A DNA stretch of 64,000 nt, taken from the NCBI RefSeq assembly GCF_032444005.1, contig NC_091284.1, positions 768,552,001 to 768,616,000 of the forward strand. Direction: 5' to 3'. Under the pieces are notes generated by a model. The model saw nothing but the letters and a program-made list of their open reading frames with translations, ran no database searches and was not told where the DNA came from. Source of the DNA: Ranitomeya imitator. Lineage: Eukaryota. The stretch's first letter is position 1. Every line of letters starts with the position of its first letter. This document shows, one piece after another, positions 49,833-63,045 of this stretch. Made by a program: the position numbers and the translations under genes.

Positions 49833-50952
49833 TATATATATAAAGCTGAGTGTATGTATGTGTGTGTATCAAGCCACGCCCACTCCACATAGCCCCACCC
49901 ACTCAGCATAGCCACACTCCACACGCAAAGCCCCATCTACACGACCCACGTTGTTAGCGCACACGGGCGGAGACACATTCACCTCAAAAGCCACCCTGCA
50001 AAACTCACCGCCTGCAACGTCCCAGCTGCTGCAAGCTACAATCAGGGCCGCTGCCTTCAGAGTATCAGTGCGCGGCAGGCGGAGGCCACATCTAGCTCCG
50101 TCGTGTCTACAATGGAGATTCTCCTGTGAGGCATAAGGCCAAGGGAAAGGGAGGAGCCTCATGGATTACGCCGCTGTGCTCATAGCAGGAAGTTGCTGTG
50201 CACGTGTGAGGGGAAAATGGGAGGAGTGAGGGGAAAATGGGAGGAGTGAGGGGAAAATGGGAGGAGTGAAGGGAAAATGGGAAGAGTGAGGGGAAAATGG
50301 GAGGACTGAGGGGAAAATGGGAGGAGTGAGGGGAAAATGAGAGATGTGAGGTGCTGCTGCAGTATGAGGCTGTGTATAGAGAAGAGTGCAGCGCTGCACG
50401 TAGAGGCTTTGTATAAGGCCACATTCACATGTTCAGTATTTGGTCAGCAGCTTACCTCAACCACGTGTGGGAGAAAAATCCAGAAGTGGTGACGTGTTTC
50501 TAATATACTTTTCCTCTGATTGATTTACTCCCAAGTTTTACCTTACAAATACTGAGGTAAAAATACTGACCAAATAACATGTGAACGAGGTCTAAAGGAG
50601 TAAAGTGTGGTGCTGCAGAAGTAGGCTGTGTATACGATACGCATTATTGCAATTAGTGCAATATCTCTCGGGATTAAGTGTTTCCGATTGTATATGGAAG
50701 AGGAGCCGCTGTTAAGTCATATTGGCAGTCGTTAAGGGGTTAATATTGTGTTAAAAGAAAACGTTTGCTTCAACAAAATGGTGCCGGGAGAAAAATACTA
50801 TCAATACTTGGGTAATCATTTAGTTAATTTGTGTTGAAAATCTGTACTGTTGAATATATGATGTGAGATTTTTTACGTGCAATATAATCATTATAATTAG
50901 TTATAACTAACCACAGTTACTATGTCCGAGCAATGCCGGGCTCTTCTGCTAG
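49833..50952 (+). mobile_element. Non-autonomous Helitron unit 3 (related subfamily, different interior)
   Basis: TATATATATAAAGCTGAG start; end ACTATGTCCGAGCAATGCCGGGCTCTTCTGCTAG|T; internal 20-bp GTGAGGGGAAAATGGGAGGA repeats. Confidence 0.75.
50417..50592. mobile_element. Harbinger-type MITE inside Helitron unit 3
   Basis: TAA TSD; TIR G(G/A)CC.C.TTCACATGTT. Confidence 0.72.
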
Positions 50953-50960
50953 TCTATATA

Positions 50961-51508
50961 CATCTCTGGGAAAAATTAAGAGACCACTGCAAAATGTTCA
51001 GTTTCTCTGATTTTTCTCGTTATAGGTATATTTTTGAGTAAAATGTAAATTGTTCTTTTATTCTTTAAACTTCTGACAACACGTCTCCGAATTTCCAAGC
51101 TGTAAATTTTGTATTTTTTTCTGAAAAAGAAAAATGGTCAAAATAAAATAAAAAAAAAACAAAAAAACATTTATTTCATACCTCAAATAACGCAAATAAA
51201 ACAAGTTCATAATCATTTACAAACAACAATATTAATGTTTTAACTCAGGAAGAGTTCAGAAATCAATATTTTGTGGAATAACCATGATTTTTAATCTCAT
51301 CTTTCATGCGTCTTGGCATGCTTTCCACCAGTCTTTCACACTGCTTCTGGCGCAAAAATGTAAGCAGTTCTTCTTTGTTTGATGGCTTGTGACTATCCAT
51401 CATCCTCTTGATTACATTCCAGAGGTTTTCAGTGGGGTTCAGGTCTGGAGATTGGGCTGCCCATGACAGGGTTTTGATGTGGTGGTCTCTTCATTTTTGC
51501 CAGAGCTG
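50961..51508 (-). mobile_element. Tc1 internal-deletion derivative
   Basis: TIR CA(T/G)CTCTGG.AAAAAT.AAGAGACCAC; left TA; decayed SPDLNP-region remnant on the - strand near 51400-51470. Confidence 0.72.
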
Positions 51509-52225
51509 TGTATATTTTGTTCAAATTACTGCTAGATTAAATTGTATTGAGGTTGTGATGTGAATTTCCGCCCTCAGATGATGTGGCTGATGGTGACTTA
51601 TTATGATTATTGCTTTCTGTTTCTTGTTTTTCAGGCATATTTTTATACTATTATGCTAATTGATGTAGTTGTGTTAACACATGCAATGAACAAATTAGTA
51701 GTCAGCACCACAAATGTCTGCTATCTCTGTCCCCTGAGAATCGGCTATTATCAGCAGGGAATACTGTGACAGCCGCAGACGACTGTTTATAAACTCTAAG
51801 GGCTCATTCAGACATCAGTTTTCTGAAGTCGAGTCCTGTCCTTGTTCTTCGTGGATATCACTTGTACTTATCGTAGTCTATGGGGTATGCATGGAATTTG
51901 ATATCTGCCTTGCATCATGCTCTTCATCTTGCACTCGTAATGCTGTATGAATCTTTTGCCATTATGAAGGTAGTATATTTTCTATGTTAACCCCATGGTT
52001 TTGCATGTGGGCAGTTCCATTATCTTATGGACACTTTTGTCCCACTCCCACTTTGGTTCCATTTAGTGCCGTGAAGTTGGTAAGCCAAACCTCCCACTTC
52101 AACTCCAACTCCTCAATTTCCCTGACTCCCGACTCCGACTCCCACCCACTGGTCGCTACTGAGCGCGTGCATACAGTGCAGCACAGATTCATCTCAACTA
52201 AAAGCCGAGATTCGTAGACCAGGAA

Positions 52226-52451
52226 TAGAGTTGAGCGAAGTTTTCAAAATTTGGTTCTGATTACGATCGGCGGCGAATATTGCTTTTGAAATATTCGCCG
52301 AACACAGTCGGAGTCAGTGGGAGAAGAAATGACCAAATATGTTTGGAACCTATCATCAAACATAAATTTGGCATGAATAGGGTAGCAATATGGCACGAAT
52401 ATGGCAACTTCAGATTCGGCGACCTATTCCGAACATTTTCGCTCAACTTTA
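52226..52451. mobile_element. hAT MITE
   Basis: TIR TA(G/A)AGTTGAGCGAA; 8-bp TSD ACCAGGAA/ATCAGGAA. Confidence 0.75.
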
Positions 52452-53199
52452 ATCAGGAACAGAACAGACATTTATAGGACATTTCATAACTTTCCCAAAT
52501 TATTATGAAAACTTTTGCAGCACATACTGCACTGAACTACTGTACCCAATGTGTTATATATTTTCGGAGTCGGTCCATTTTATACCAATTCCACCAAAAT
52601 GGACACTGACTCCGACTTCATGACTCCGACTCCACAGTCATGGTTTTTTTCCTATCCAGCATTTCACTGTTGCATTGTCATAGTGCCATTTAATATTGGA
52701 CTAAGTATTCCCATAGCATGCTTTGTTATTATACTACATGTTTATTATCATACTGGTATTTTGCTTCTTCTGCACTTTAGTTGTGCTTTTTGGTTTTAAA
52801 TGTTGTATTATCACATTTTTATAGTGCTATGTTATTTGACGTTGGGTTTATTGACATCATAGTTAAATCTGTAATTACATCATGTGCTCAACGAAAAACC
52901 CTTTCTAATTTGTGTCCAGTGTACTATCAGGCTTTGGAGGTGAGACTTTAGTTCTCCCATGATAGGCATGTCCAGAATTGTATATGTAGACTGTTGGCTG
53001 GTTTAATTGTTTTTATATTGAATATTTGCTTAGGTGATCCCTTGTTTTGCATACTTCTTTTTTTTTTGGTATGGTTCATCCCTGGTTTAGAGGCATTATG
53101 GCTGGTAAGTTACTTTTCCTCTCTTGTAAATGTGTGCCACCGGTGTGCCATCAGCATTGGGCTTGATAGAAAATATTTTCTGAGCATTGCCTATATGTA

Positions 53200-54041
53200 G
53201 CAGAGCCGATCAAGTTGTGGCCGCTTCTAGCCTCCCATGGAGGCTATTGAAGCATGCCAAAAGTAAAAAAAATGTTTTTAAAAATATGAAAAAAATAAAA
53301 AAACATAAAGTTCAAATCACCCCCCTTTTGCCCCATTCAAAATAAACCAATAAAAATAAAATCAAACATAAACATATTTGGTATCGCCGCGTTCAGAATC
53401 GCCCGATCTATCAATAAAAAAAAGGATTAACCTAATCGCTAAACGGTGTAGCGAGAAAAAATCAAAACACCAGAATTACGTTTTTTTGGTCGCTGCGACA
53501 TTGCATTAAAATGCAATAACGGGCGATCAAAAGAACGTATCTGCACAAAAATGATATCATTAAAAACGTCATCTCGGCACGCAAAAAATAAGCCCGCACC
53601 CGACTCCAGATCACAAAAAATGGAGACGCTACGGGTATCGGAATATGGAGCTTTTTTTTTTTTTTTTTTTTAGCAAACTTTGGAATTTTTTTTCACCACT
53701 TACCGTAGATAAAAATGAACCTAGACATGTTTGGTGTCTATGAACTCATAATGACGTGGAGAATCATAATGGCAGGTCAGTTTTAGCATTTAGTGAACAT
53801 AGCAAAAAAGCCAAACAAAAAGCAAGTGTGGGATTGCACTTTTTTTGCAACTTCACCACACTTGGAATTTTTTTCCCGTTTTCTGTTACACGACATGGTA
53901 AAACTAATGGTACAACTCGTTCCACCAAAAATAAGCCCTCACATGACCATATTGACGGAAAAATAAAAAAGTTATGGCTCTGGAAAGAAGGGGAGCGAAA
54001 AACAAAACGCAAAACCAAAAAAAGCTCTGGTCATGAAGGGG
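53200..54041. mobile_element. One end of a piggyBac-like non-autonomous element
   Basis: Ends GGTCATGAAGGGG|TTAA, similar to the 8464 terminus; the other end was not found, so the left boundary is approximate. Confidence 0.6.
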
Positions 54042-54397
54042 TTAATCAATGTGTACCTCACACTTGAGGATACATTGTCAATTTCTGCAGGTTTTCTAAT
54101 ATACACAGGGGTATCTAACATTACAAGTTCTTTGTTTAAATTTCAAAACATGCGCCATTAACCAAAAATGTTTTTCAACACAGAGATCTAGATACATAAT
54201 GGTGTGATGGTGCAGTTAAATAATGGTGCACGCAGCACCTCATTTTATTCATAAGGATCAAATAGTGCCTTGCAATGAGATTGGAATCCAGCCTTTAATT
54301 TTAGGGACAATGCTTGGGACTCCATCTCATTTAAATTTAATTTAACTCTGAGTTCAATAATCGGGACCTAGTGGATCACAGCGGTGCTTATAATATA

Positions 54398-55944
54398 CAC
54401 TAATCAAAAAAATAAAGGGAACACTTAAACAGAATATATCTCCAAGTGAATCAAACTTCTGTGAAATCAAACTGTCCACTTAGGAAGCAACACTGATTGA
54501 CAATCAATTTCACATGCTGTTGTGCAAATGGAATAGACAACAGATGGAAATGATTGGCAATTATCAAGACACACTCAATAAGGCCGGTTTCACACATCAG
54601 TGGCTCCGGTACGTGTAGTGACAGTTTTCTCACGTACCGGAGACACTGACACACGTAGACCCATTCAAATGAATGTGTGCAAAACACGGAGACATGTCCG
54701 CTTTTCTCTGGCATCACGGTCCGCAAAGCGTCCTGCACACGGAGAACAGTGTGCACTCTCCTCCGTGTGCACGTACCGCTGCAGGAGAAACAGCGCTACA
54801 GTTAAGCTCTGTCCCCTGCATGTGGTGCTGAAGCCGGCATTCATCCCTTCTGTCCTGCTCGGCTGAAAGCAGCGCTTGCAGGAGAGAAGGGATGAAAGAC
54901 CAAGTTTTTTTTTGTTTAAAATAAAGTTTGGGGTCATCTCCCACCTCCCACCCCCCGCGCGCCCGCCCACTAGCAGAAAAATACTCACCCAGCTCCCGCG
55001 ATGCCTCCTCTCAGCGCCTGCAGCTTGTCCTGTGTGAGCGGTAACGTGGTACCGCTCATTACAGTGATGAATATGCGACTGCACCCCAAGCTTTATTTTT
55101 AACAAAAAAAAAACTTGATTTTTCATCCCTTCTCTCCAGGAGAAGAGATGAATGCCGCCTTCAGCACCACACGCAAGGGACATGTGGCAGACGTGACAGA
55201 GTGTGGAGATGCCGTGGAAAGCGATCTGCTGCCTGCAACATCCTTCAGCATGACCGGTTTGGCAGTGGGTCAGTAATGGTGTGCGGTGGCATTTCTTTGG
55301 AGGGCCGCACAGCCTTCCATGTGCTTGCCAGAGGTAGCCTGACCACCATTAGGTACCGAGATGAGATCCTCAGACCCCTTGTGAGACCATATACTGGTGC
55401 GGTTGGCCCTGGGTTCCTCCTAATGCAGACAATGCCAGACCTCATGTGGCTGGAGTGTGTCAGCAGTTCCTGCAAGATGAAGGCATTGAAGCTATGGACT
55501 GGCCCGCCCATTCCCCAGACCTGAATCCAATTGAACACTTCTGGGACATCATGTCTCACTCCATCCACCAACATCACGTTGCACAACAGACTGTCTAGGA
55601 GTTGGCGGATGCTTTAGTCCAGGTTTGGGAGGAGATCCCTCAGGAGACCATCCGCCGCAGGCACGTAGAGGCCACACACACTACTGAGCATCATTTCCTT
55701 GTCTTGAGGCTTTTCCACTGAAGTTGGATCAGCCTGTAACTTCATTTTCCACTTTGATTTTGAGCATCATTCCAACTACAGACCTCCGTGGGATATTAGT
55801 TGTGATTTACGTTGATCATTTTTAGGTTTTATTGTTCTCAACACATTCCAGTATGTAATGAATAAAGATTTACAACTGGAATATTTCATTCAGTGATTTC
55901 TAAGATGTGGGATTTTTGTGTTCCTTTTGTTTTTTTGAGCAGTG
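54398..55944 (+). mobile_element. Decayed Tc1 element with nested MITE and deletion
   Basis: TA|CACTAATCAAAAAAATAAAGGGAACAC ... GTGTTCCTTTTGTTTTTTTGAGCAGTG|TA; remnants HDRFGSGSVMVCGGIS and WPAHSPDLNPIEHFW (55230-55560). Confidence 0.82.
54582..55195. mobile_element. Harbinger-type MITE, right end deleted
   Basis: TAA|GGCCGGTTTCACAC start (TIR like that of the 14860-22318 element); internal inverted arms; fused to mid-transposase Tc1 sequence. Confidence 0.62.
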
Positions 55945-56154
55945 TAATAAATCACACACTGTAGTCCAATATACATCTCTATGGATGTATGGCTAATTGA
56001 TTTTAGTATATATCATTGGAATAATTTAAAAATACTAATAAAGGTTAAATTTTAAATTCACATTCCCTTTCCTTTGCCTATTAATTTCGGTGGTGTCCAC
56101 CTATGTGAATCATGTGAATCCTGTCTGATGATGCAAATGTGACGCTTTCTATTC

Positions 56155-56950
56155 CAGCCAATTTTGTGCTCCCAAAGTCAAATGGTGCTCCTTCCGAGCC
56201 GTGTTGTGCGTCCTGTTGTAGTTTTCCTTCACATATGGTGTATGGTTTACTCAGGAGAAATAGCACAATTGTACGGTCCATTTTCTCCTGTTTCCCTTGA
56301 GAAAAAGAAAAATTTGGAGCTAAAACATTTTTGTGGGAGAAATTAAAATGTTGATTTTTTTTCCTTCTGCGTTACTTTAGTTCCTGGGAAGGACCTGGAG
56401 GGCTAATAAACTTCTTGAATGTGGTTTTGAGCACTTTGAGGCGTACAGTTTTAAAATGATGTCACTTTGGGTATTTTCTGTCACATAGGCTCCTGAAAGT
56501 CACTTCAAATGTGATGTGGTCCATAAAAAAATAGATTTTGTAAATTTTGTTGGAAAAAATGCTGATGAACTTTTAACCCTTCTAACTTCTTAACAAAAAA
56601 AAAAACATGTTTCAGAAATTATGGTAATGTGAAGTAGACATGTGGTAAATGTTTTTATTAATTATTTCGTGTAGTATAACTATCTGGTTTAAGGGCATAA
56701 AAAAAGTAAAAGTTTGAAAATTGCAAAATTATCAAATTTTGGGTAAAATTTTCGATATTTTCATAAATGAAAGCAAATTATATCGACCAAAATTTACCAC
56801 TACGATAAAGTACAATATGTCATGAAAAATCAATCTGCAAATCACTGGGTCATGTTGAAGCATTCTAGAGCTATTACCACATAAAGTGGCACTGGTCAGA
56901 ACTGTAAAATTTCGCCTAGTCAGAAAGGTGAAAACAGGCTTGGGCGCGGG
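56155..56950 (-). mobile_element. Diverged inverted relic homologous to the left part of the 8464 piggyBac-like element
   Basis: 56840-56950 resembles the reverse complement of 8464-8570. Confidence 0.6.
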
Positions 56951-57683
56951 GGGGGACAAATGGGGTAAGAAAGTAAAAGGTGAGGTTTTGCCTTGTTTAG
57001 GAGAATATCTCTGTGTTCAGATTTATTATGCAGCTAATTCGAAAGCATAGATTTTCACATCTCAATAGCTTATTGTCAGCTGTTAAAGTAAGAATAATAA
57101 CCAAACAACTTAAAATGTACACTTTTTCCATTAAAAATATCAGTGACCAGTATAGCCACCCTTGTTTTCACTAAGACATAAGCTCCATCCATGGAATCTG
57201 TCCATTTCTTAATCTGTTGATGATCAACTTTTTGGGAAGCACCAACTACAGCCACCCAGACACTGATCAGAGAGGTGACTTTTCCTTCACTGTAAATCTC
57301 CCGTTTAAGATGGGGCCCACAAGTTCTCAGGTGAGGAAGGAGCCGCGTCATTAGTCTTTCATCTATAAGGCCTTTACTGGCAACTGAGCAGTTGTAGACT
57401 GCAATACATGGAGTATTGTACTGCAGAAAAATTATGGTTGTCTTGAAAGATGCAGACTTATTCCTGTACTACTGCTTGAAGAACGTGTCTTCTGGGAGTT
57501 AATTTGAAGACCATCTTCAACCTGAAGAGGTCCAACTAGTTGACCTTTAATAAACGCAGCCCATAGCAGTACCCCACCTCCATATTACTGGTGTCTGTTG
57601 AAGCAGAGGTCTCATGACCACAAATTGCCAAAGGCAAATAAAGGTCCCCTAACTGAAGACCCTAAACTAAAATATAATTTTTA

Positions 57684-58229
57684 CGTGGCTGGACTATATA
57701 CTACGTGGCTGGGCAATATACAATCTGGCTGGGCAATATACTATGTGGCTGGGCAATATACTACGTGGCTGGGCAATATTCTACGTGTCTGGACAATATA
57801 CTACGTGGTTGGGCAATATACTACGTGACTGGGCAATATACTACGTGGCTGGGCAATATACTACGTGACTGTGCAATATACTACGTGGCTGGGCAATATA
57901 CTACGTGGTTGGGCAATTTACTACGTGGCTGGGCAATATACTACGTGGTTGGGCAATTTACTACGTGACTGGGCAATAAACTACGTGGGCTGTGCAATAT
58001 ACTACGTGGACATGCATATTCTAGAACAGAGGTCCCCAACTCCAGTCCTCAAGGCCCACCAACAGGTCATGTTTTCAGGATTTCCTTTGCATTGCACAGG
58101 TGATGCAATTATTACCTGGGCAAGACTAAGGAAATCCTGAAAACATGACATGTTGGTGGGCCTTGAGGACTGGAGTTGGGGACCCCTGTTCTAGAATACC
58201 CGATGCGTTAGAATCGGGCCACCACCTAG
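57684..58229 (+). mobile_element. Helitron-like 3' portion with 20-bp tandem repeat CTACGTGGCTGGGCAATATA
   Basis: Repeats at 57684-58010; terminal hairpin CCCGAT...ATCGGG followed by CTAG; 5' end not identified. Confidence 0.55.
58027..58188. mobile_element. hAT (Charlie-like) MITE
   Basis: TIR CAG(A/G)GGTCCCCAACTCCAGTCCTCAAGGCCCACCAACA; perfect 8-bp TSD TTCTAGAA. Confidence 0.92.
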
Positions 58230-58486
58230 ATTATTTATAATTGGTAATAACGGAAAACTTGCACTACTTGATTAAAAGCGCATCATGCAATGAATAGGAA
58301 AATTCAGTGGACAAGAAATAACCTAGTATTATCATCACAGATTAGGAAGGTTCAGGACAATATTGCCTATGACTAATTTCTAAACTTTTTACGGCCGCAG
58401 ACCGTCAGTATTCTACAATGCTCCTACCCTGTATGATATCTGTCATTGCCTATTATTGCAAATGCATAATTAAAAAATGTCAGCTA

Positions 58487-58540
58487 TTAGCCTTCCCAAC
58501 ATGTTTCACCAAACTGGCTTCTTCAGGGGGATAAAGCTAA
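58487..58540 (-). ncRNA. Candidate minimal type I hammerhead ribozyme (Penelope-type)
   Basis: - strand UUAGCUUUAUCCCC-CUGAAGA-A-GCCAGUUUGGU-GAAACAUGUU-GGGAAGGCUAA: core boxes, short helix II, palindromic helix III and split helix I. Confidence 0.5.
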
Positions 58541-60494
58541 TATATAAATATCCAGTAACACCCAAAATTAACTTATTATGTGCCAATACTTTGATTGCTA
58601 AAATCTCCGCAGCGGAGAGGCAAAACAAAAAAAAATTAAACCCATTTTATTCTCTCTGCAGCCATATATTACATTGTGTGTACAGTTCAACAGGAATATT
58701 TTGGCGATGGGTCCTCTTTTTAATGGGGGGCATTACTAACTCCTTTCTGGAACTGGAGCACATTTCTGGCATAAGCTACCAAATTAAAGTGGCGTAACAG
58801 GAAGGCCTGTCTCGCCCAAGTTGTCGGAGCTGGCTAAGGCTGGAGTGAAGATGCCAAGAGTCGTTGTGCAATTTCCGAGTTGTAACTTTTTATGGTGTTT
58901 TATGTCAAAATTCAGTCATTAACTACTTTGGCCCACTTGTGTCACAATCTGCTATATACATTCTCTGCCATATTTCGTAAGCCAGTGCTAATTCTTTACT
59001 TATGAACTATGTTTTCGAGGTTTACGTCTATAAAATCTAGAAGGCAAGTCATGAATTCGGTCACATGCTTTGAATATTGTGTCTTACCTGGGGCGATCCC
59101 TTGTACAGCTTTTTTGGGGCTCCTGGTCTCTGTTCGCTACGCTGAAAGTATGGTCAGTTGTTTAATCATATCCAATAAATGGGAGAGGCAATAATCTGTC
59201 TCTTCAGATCCTTTAAGACATCGCTTCTTGTTATGATCCCGTAATTCTCCTCTGCTCATCTCGTCTCTGCTGCCAACCCTTAGATGTGGTAGAGCTTATT
59301 AAAGATAAAAGATATGGCTTTACAATCCAGTTTCTGAATATTAAGTGAGTTGATGGAGAATGAAGTTATTGTCAGTGAAGTGTATCACGTCTTTAATATG
59401 TGACGGATTCTATTACTGCGGGCATCTTCCAGAGCATCTTTATTGGGAAACGCATTGGACAGTACAGTCGTTCTGGGCATCACTGCAAACCTGCTGTTAC
59501 TTCAGAGAACATTTGGAGAAGGCTATAGAAGGGAGTGTTTCTCTAGAGCTTCTTCATCGCTGAGGTCCTGCCAGGTCATAGAAGAAATCGGCTCCATTAT
59601 TACAGCTGTATATGTTTCACCCTGAAATGAGGCACTGCTCCACGAGTCTGGCAAGTCTCCCCTATACACAAATGAAAGTAAAGGTCCAGGTTCCATGTTA
59701 GAGGTAATGTCCAATAATCTTTATTATTGACTGGTTAAAATCCAATAACACAATACAACCCCCCCCCCCTGCAAAAGATCAACCCGTTTCGAACATATTG
59801 CCGGTTCTTACTCGTTCAACACGTGTAATCCCACAACAGGATTAAGTTTGTTTTATAAATTTGAAACGCGTTAGTATTTTGCAGGTTTTTATTTCTCTGA
59901 CTACTCCAAACTGTTATTCGATTTTAGCCAGACAATAATAAAAAATATTGGCCTTTACCAATCTGTGACCTGGAAGCTGGACCTTTACTCTCTCGTGCTC
60001 AGAAGGAACGCTGAGCAGTGGCATCATATTGTGTGTCTGAGCATTTTGGATTAATTACTGAATGGGAGAGCTGGTTCTTTTTCACATGTGGATCTCACTA
60101 CTCGCACAAATAGGGGAAAACTTGTCAGAGTAGCTGAGCAGGGAAAAAAAACGGCTGTCACAAGGGTGTCACAACACCCTGGAAAACCTGGAGTTAGACG
60201 GTCACGTCGGGTAATGAACCGCAGGTCTTCTTTAGAGATGGTGTGATTTGTGTTCTATATTAAATGGATTTAGTTTCTTCTGGTGCTCAAGAGGTTAAAA
60301 CCCTGTTGTATGCTGGTCAGAAACTTGTAGCTCCATTTCAGCAGAGTCTGATGTTATCATTGCCTCTTCCAGTATAGACTGGTCAGACCTTCTTGTCCCT
60401 GCCGGTGAAAGATTTGTCTTCCTGTGATTTGTGTTACAGCTAAGTGATTGGAGTAGAGTTGTAGTAAAAATCTGTGGTTTGTTGTAGTACGTGT

Positions 60495-60607
60495 GCGTTT
60501 GGAGAGAACATACCAACTCTTTGCAGATGTTGTCCTTAGTGGGGCTTGAACCCAGGACTCCAGCGCTGCAGGGCCGCTGTGCTATCCACTGCGCCACCGT
60601 GCTGCCC
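60495..60607 (-). mobile_element. tRNA-derived SINE head (5' fragment)
   Basis: GGGCAGCACGGTGGCGCAGTGG (A box) ... GGTTCAAGCCC (B box), then a non-tRNA body; no cloverleaf or CCA. Confidence 0.75.
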
Positions 60608-62044
60608 ATGCCCTATCCTTGGTTAGTGCTTTTGTATGATAAAGGTTATCTGTTATCCCTGTTTTGTCCTTGTGTCTTGTTCACCTTACATTTCTGTGCC
60701 ATGCTTCATGGGGTTGGGGAGGGGACAGACGAGGTTGTAGCACAAGCATCATAAGGTCAGAGACTCAGGCATCTCTACCTTCAAGAGTACCCCTGGGACA
60801 GGGATGGTTAGAGTCCCAGTTCCATGGACAGTTTGAGGCCCCCTTCCTTACGGAAGATCGTCACTTCAGGACACCGGCCTCTTCGACTCGTCATCCTGGT
60901 CGAATGGTCACTAACTTCTGTATGACAGTATGTTCTGTTTTACACAGCTGCAGTAACTGTGTAACTAATTCACATTACATATGATTTAGGAAGCATTAAT
61001 CATCTGATGGGATCTCCTTAAAATATCTCTCATGTAAAAAATAACTTTGTACAGGTAATCACGAGTGCATCTGGTGCACTCGGCAACAGCAATTGTCGAT
61101 GCCTTGCTGATGCTACATGCTACTGTGACTTGAGGTACAAAATTGAAATGCAGATGTATTTAAAGGTAATCTGTCAGCTGATTAACCCCCCTAAATTATT
61201 TATATTTGCTTCCCCTTTCTTGCTATTCCTTTCCCCCTAAGTCACACGGTACAAAGGTCGTCAGTCAAGCAGAAGGTGGCGGTGCTGGCCGTTAGATAGA
61301 GCTGGAGTGACAGAGGCTTCAGAAATACCATAGTCCTTTAGGTATAAATTCAAGCATTGATTTCTGTAACGCCAATTCAGGTGTCCCTGCATGGTCTCTC
61401 TCCCTCCTCCCAGCAGGGACGTCAACATATTTAGCTCCCGGGCCCACTCTGCCATGTGTTTCTAATCTGCTATGGCTTTCAGCTCCCCTAGGCCTGTACA
61501 AGTCACACAGCTTTTCCTGCATCACGCTTGGTGCACATGCTCTCCGCTTCTTAGAGGGGCAGTGCATGCATTCTGGAAATGCCTCCATCAAATAGCTGGG
61601 AGGCAATAGGTATTTAAGTTGCACTCCCCTGTTGGGAGGTGCTTGAGCAAATCTTCCCCTTTAATTAGTTAGTGTTGGTGCAACTAGTCTGTTGTGAGTC
61701 AGTTAATCGTGTTTTCTAAACCAGAGCTTGTTCCTGTTACCCGTGCTGTGTGATCCTGAAACTGCTCCGACGGTACCGCAACCTGAAACCGCTCCAGCGA
61801 TATCTGAGCCTGTAACCTCTCCAGCTGTACCTGAACCTCAAACTCCTCCAGCGGTATCTGAACTAGCACTAGTGTCCTTCATGTCTAGTGTTCCTGAATC
61901 CGCACTGTCTGAACCAGTACCAGTATCCATCCGGTCTAGGTATCTGAGTTTGTGCCTGCGATCCTAATTCTTGGGGTCAGCTGCCACAGTATCGGGGACT
62001 GCCCTTGGAGTTTCACCTGGCAGCTACCTGCAGCTCAAGACTAA

Positions 62045-62792
62045 GGGTACCATCACACTGAGCAACTTTTGAACGATAACGATAGAGATCCGTGACGTTG
62101 CAGCGTCCTGGATAGCGATCTCGTTGTGTTTGACACGCAGCAGAGATCAGGATCCTGCTGTGACATCGCTGGTCGGAGCTAGATGGCCAGAACTTTATTT
62201 TGTCGTCAGGTCACCCGCTGTCATCTCTGGATCGGCGTGTGTGACGCCGATCCAGCGATGAGTCCCCGGGTAACCAGGGTAAACATCGGGTTACTAAGCG
62301 CAGGGCCGCGCTTAGTAACCCGATGTTTACCCTGGTTACCATTGTAAAAGTAAAAAAAAAAAAAACACTACATACTCACATTCCGGTGTCTGTCACGTCC
62401 CTCGCCGTCAGCTTCCCGCACTGACTGTGAGCGCCGGCCGTAAACCACAGCGGTGATGTCACCACTGTGCTCTGCTTTACGGCCGGCCCTCACACAGTCA
62501 GTGCGGGAAGCTGAGGGCGAGGGACGTGACAGACACCGGAATGTAAGTATGTAGTGTTTTTTTTTTTTACTTTTACAATGGTAACCAGGGTAAACATCGG
62601 GTTATTAAGCGCGGCCCTGCACTTAGTAACCCGATGTTTACCCTGGTTACTCGGGGACTTCGGCATCGTTGGTCGCTGGAGAGCTGTCTGTGTGACAGCT
62701 CCTCAGCGACCACACAAGGACTTTCCAACGATCACGGCCAGGTCGTATCACTGGTCGTGATCGTTGGAAAGTTGATCAGTGTGAAGGTACCT
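62045..62792. mobile_element. PIF/Harbinger MITE
   Basis: TIR (G/A)GGTACC.TCACACTGA.CAACTTT; TSD TAA on both sides; long internal inverted arms. Confidence 0.88.
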
Positions 62793-63045
62793 TAACTCCA
62801 CCATCGGGAGCTGTAGCGATAACCAGATATCCGCTTAGCCATGTCCCTCCTGTGGCGCAGTGGGTCCAATATCCACGTGCTTGACAATTTCTCAGTACTG
62901 GAGGAACAGACTGTCGACTGACTATGTAATGGTATTACTGGACTTGTCTTTGAAGGAGCTATATTCGCAAATAAATAGTTTTGGCTTGAAATCCTGCTGA
63001 CAGATTCCCTTTTAAGGTTCACTACAAGCTAAGCTTGATCTGTGC

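Noticed and set aside
60495-60607. tRNA gene
   Set aside because: Has A/B boxes but no acceptor stem or cloverleaf, and continues into a SINE body.
61365-62040. Possible solo LTR beginning TGTAACG
   Set aside because: No terminal CA, TSD or partner copy identifiable, so not listed as a feature.
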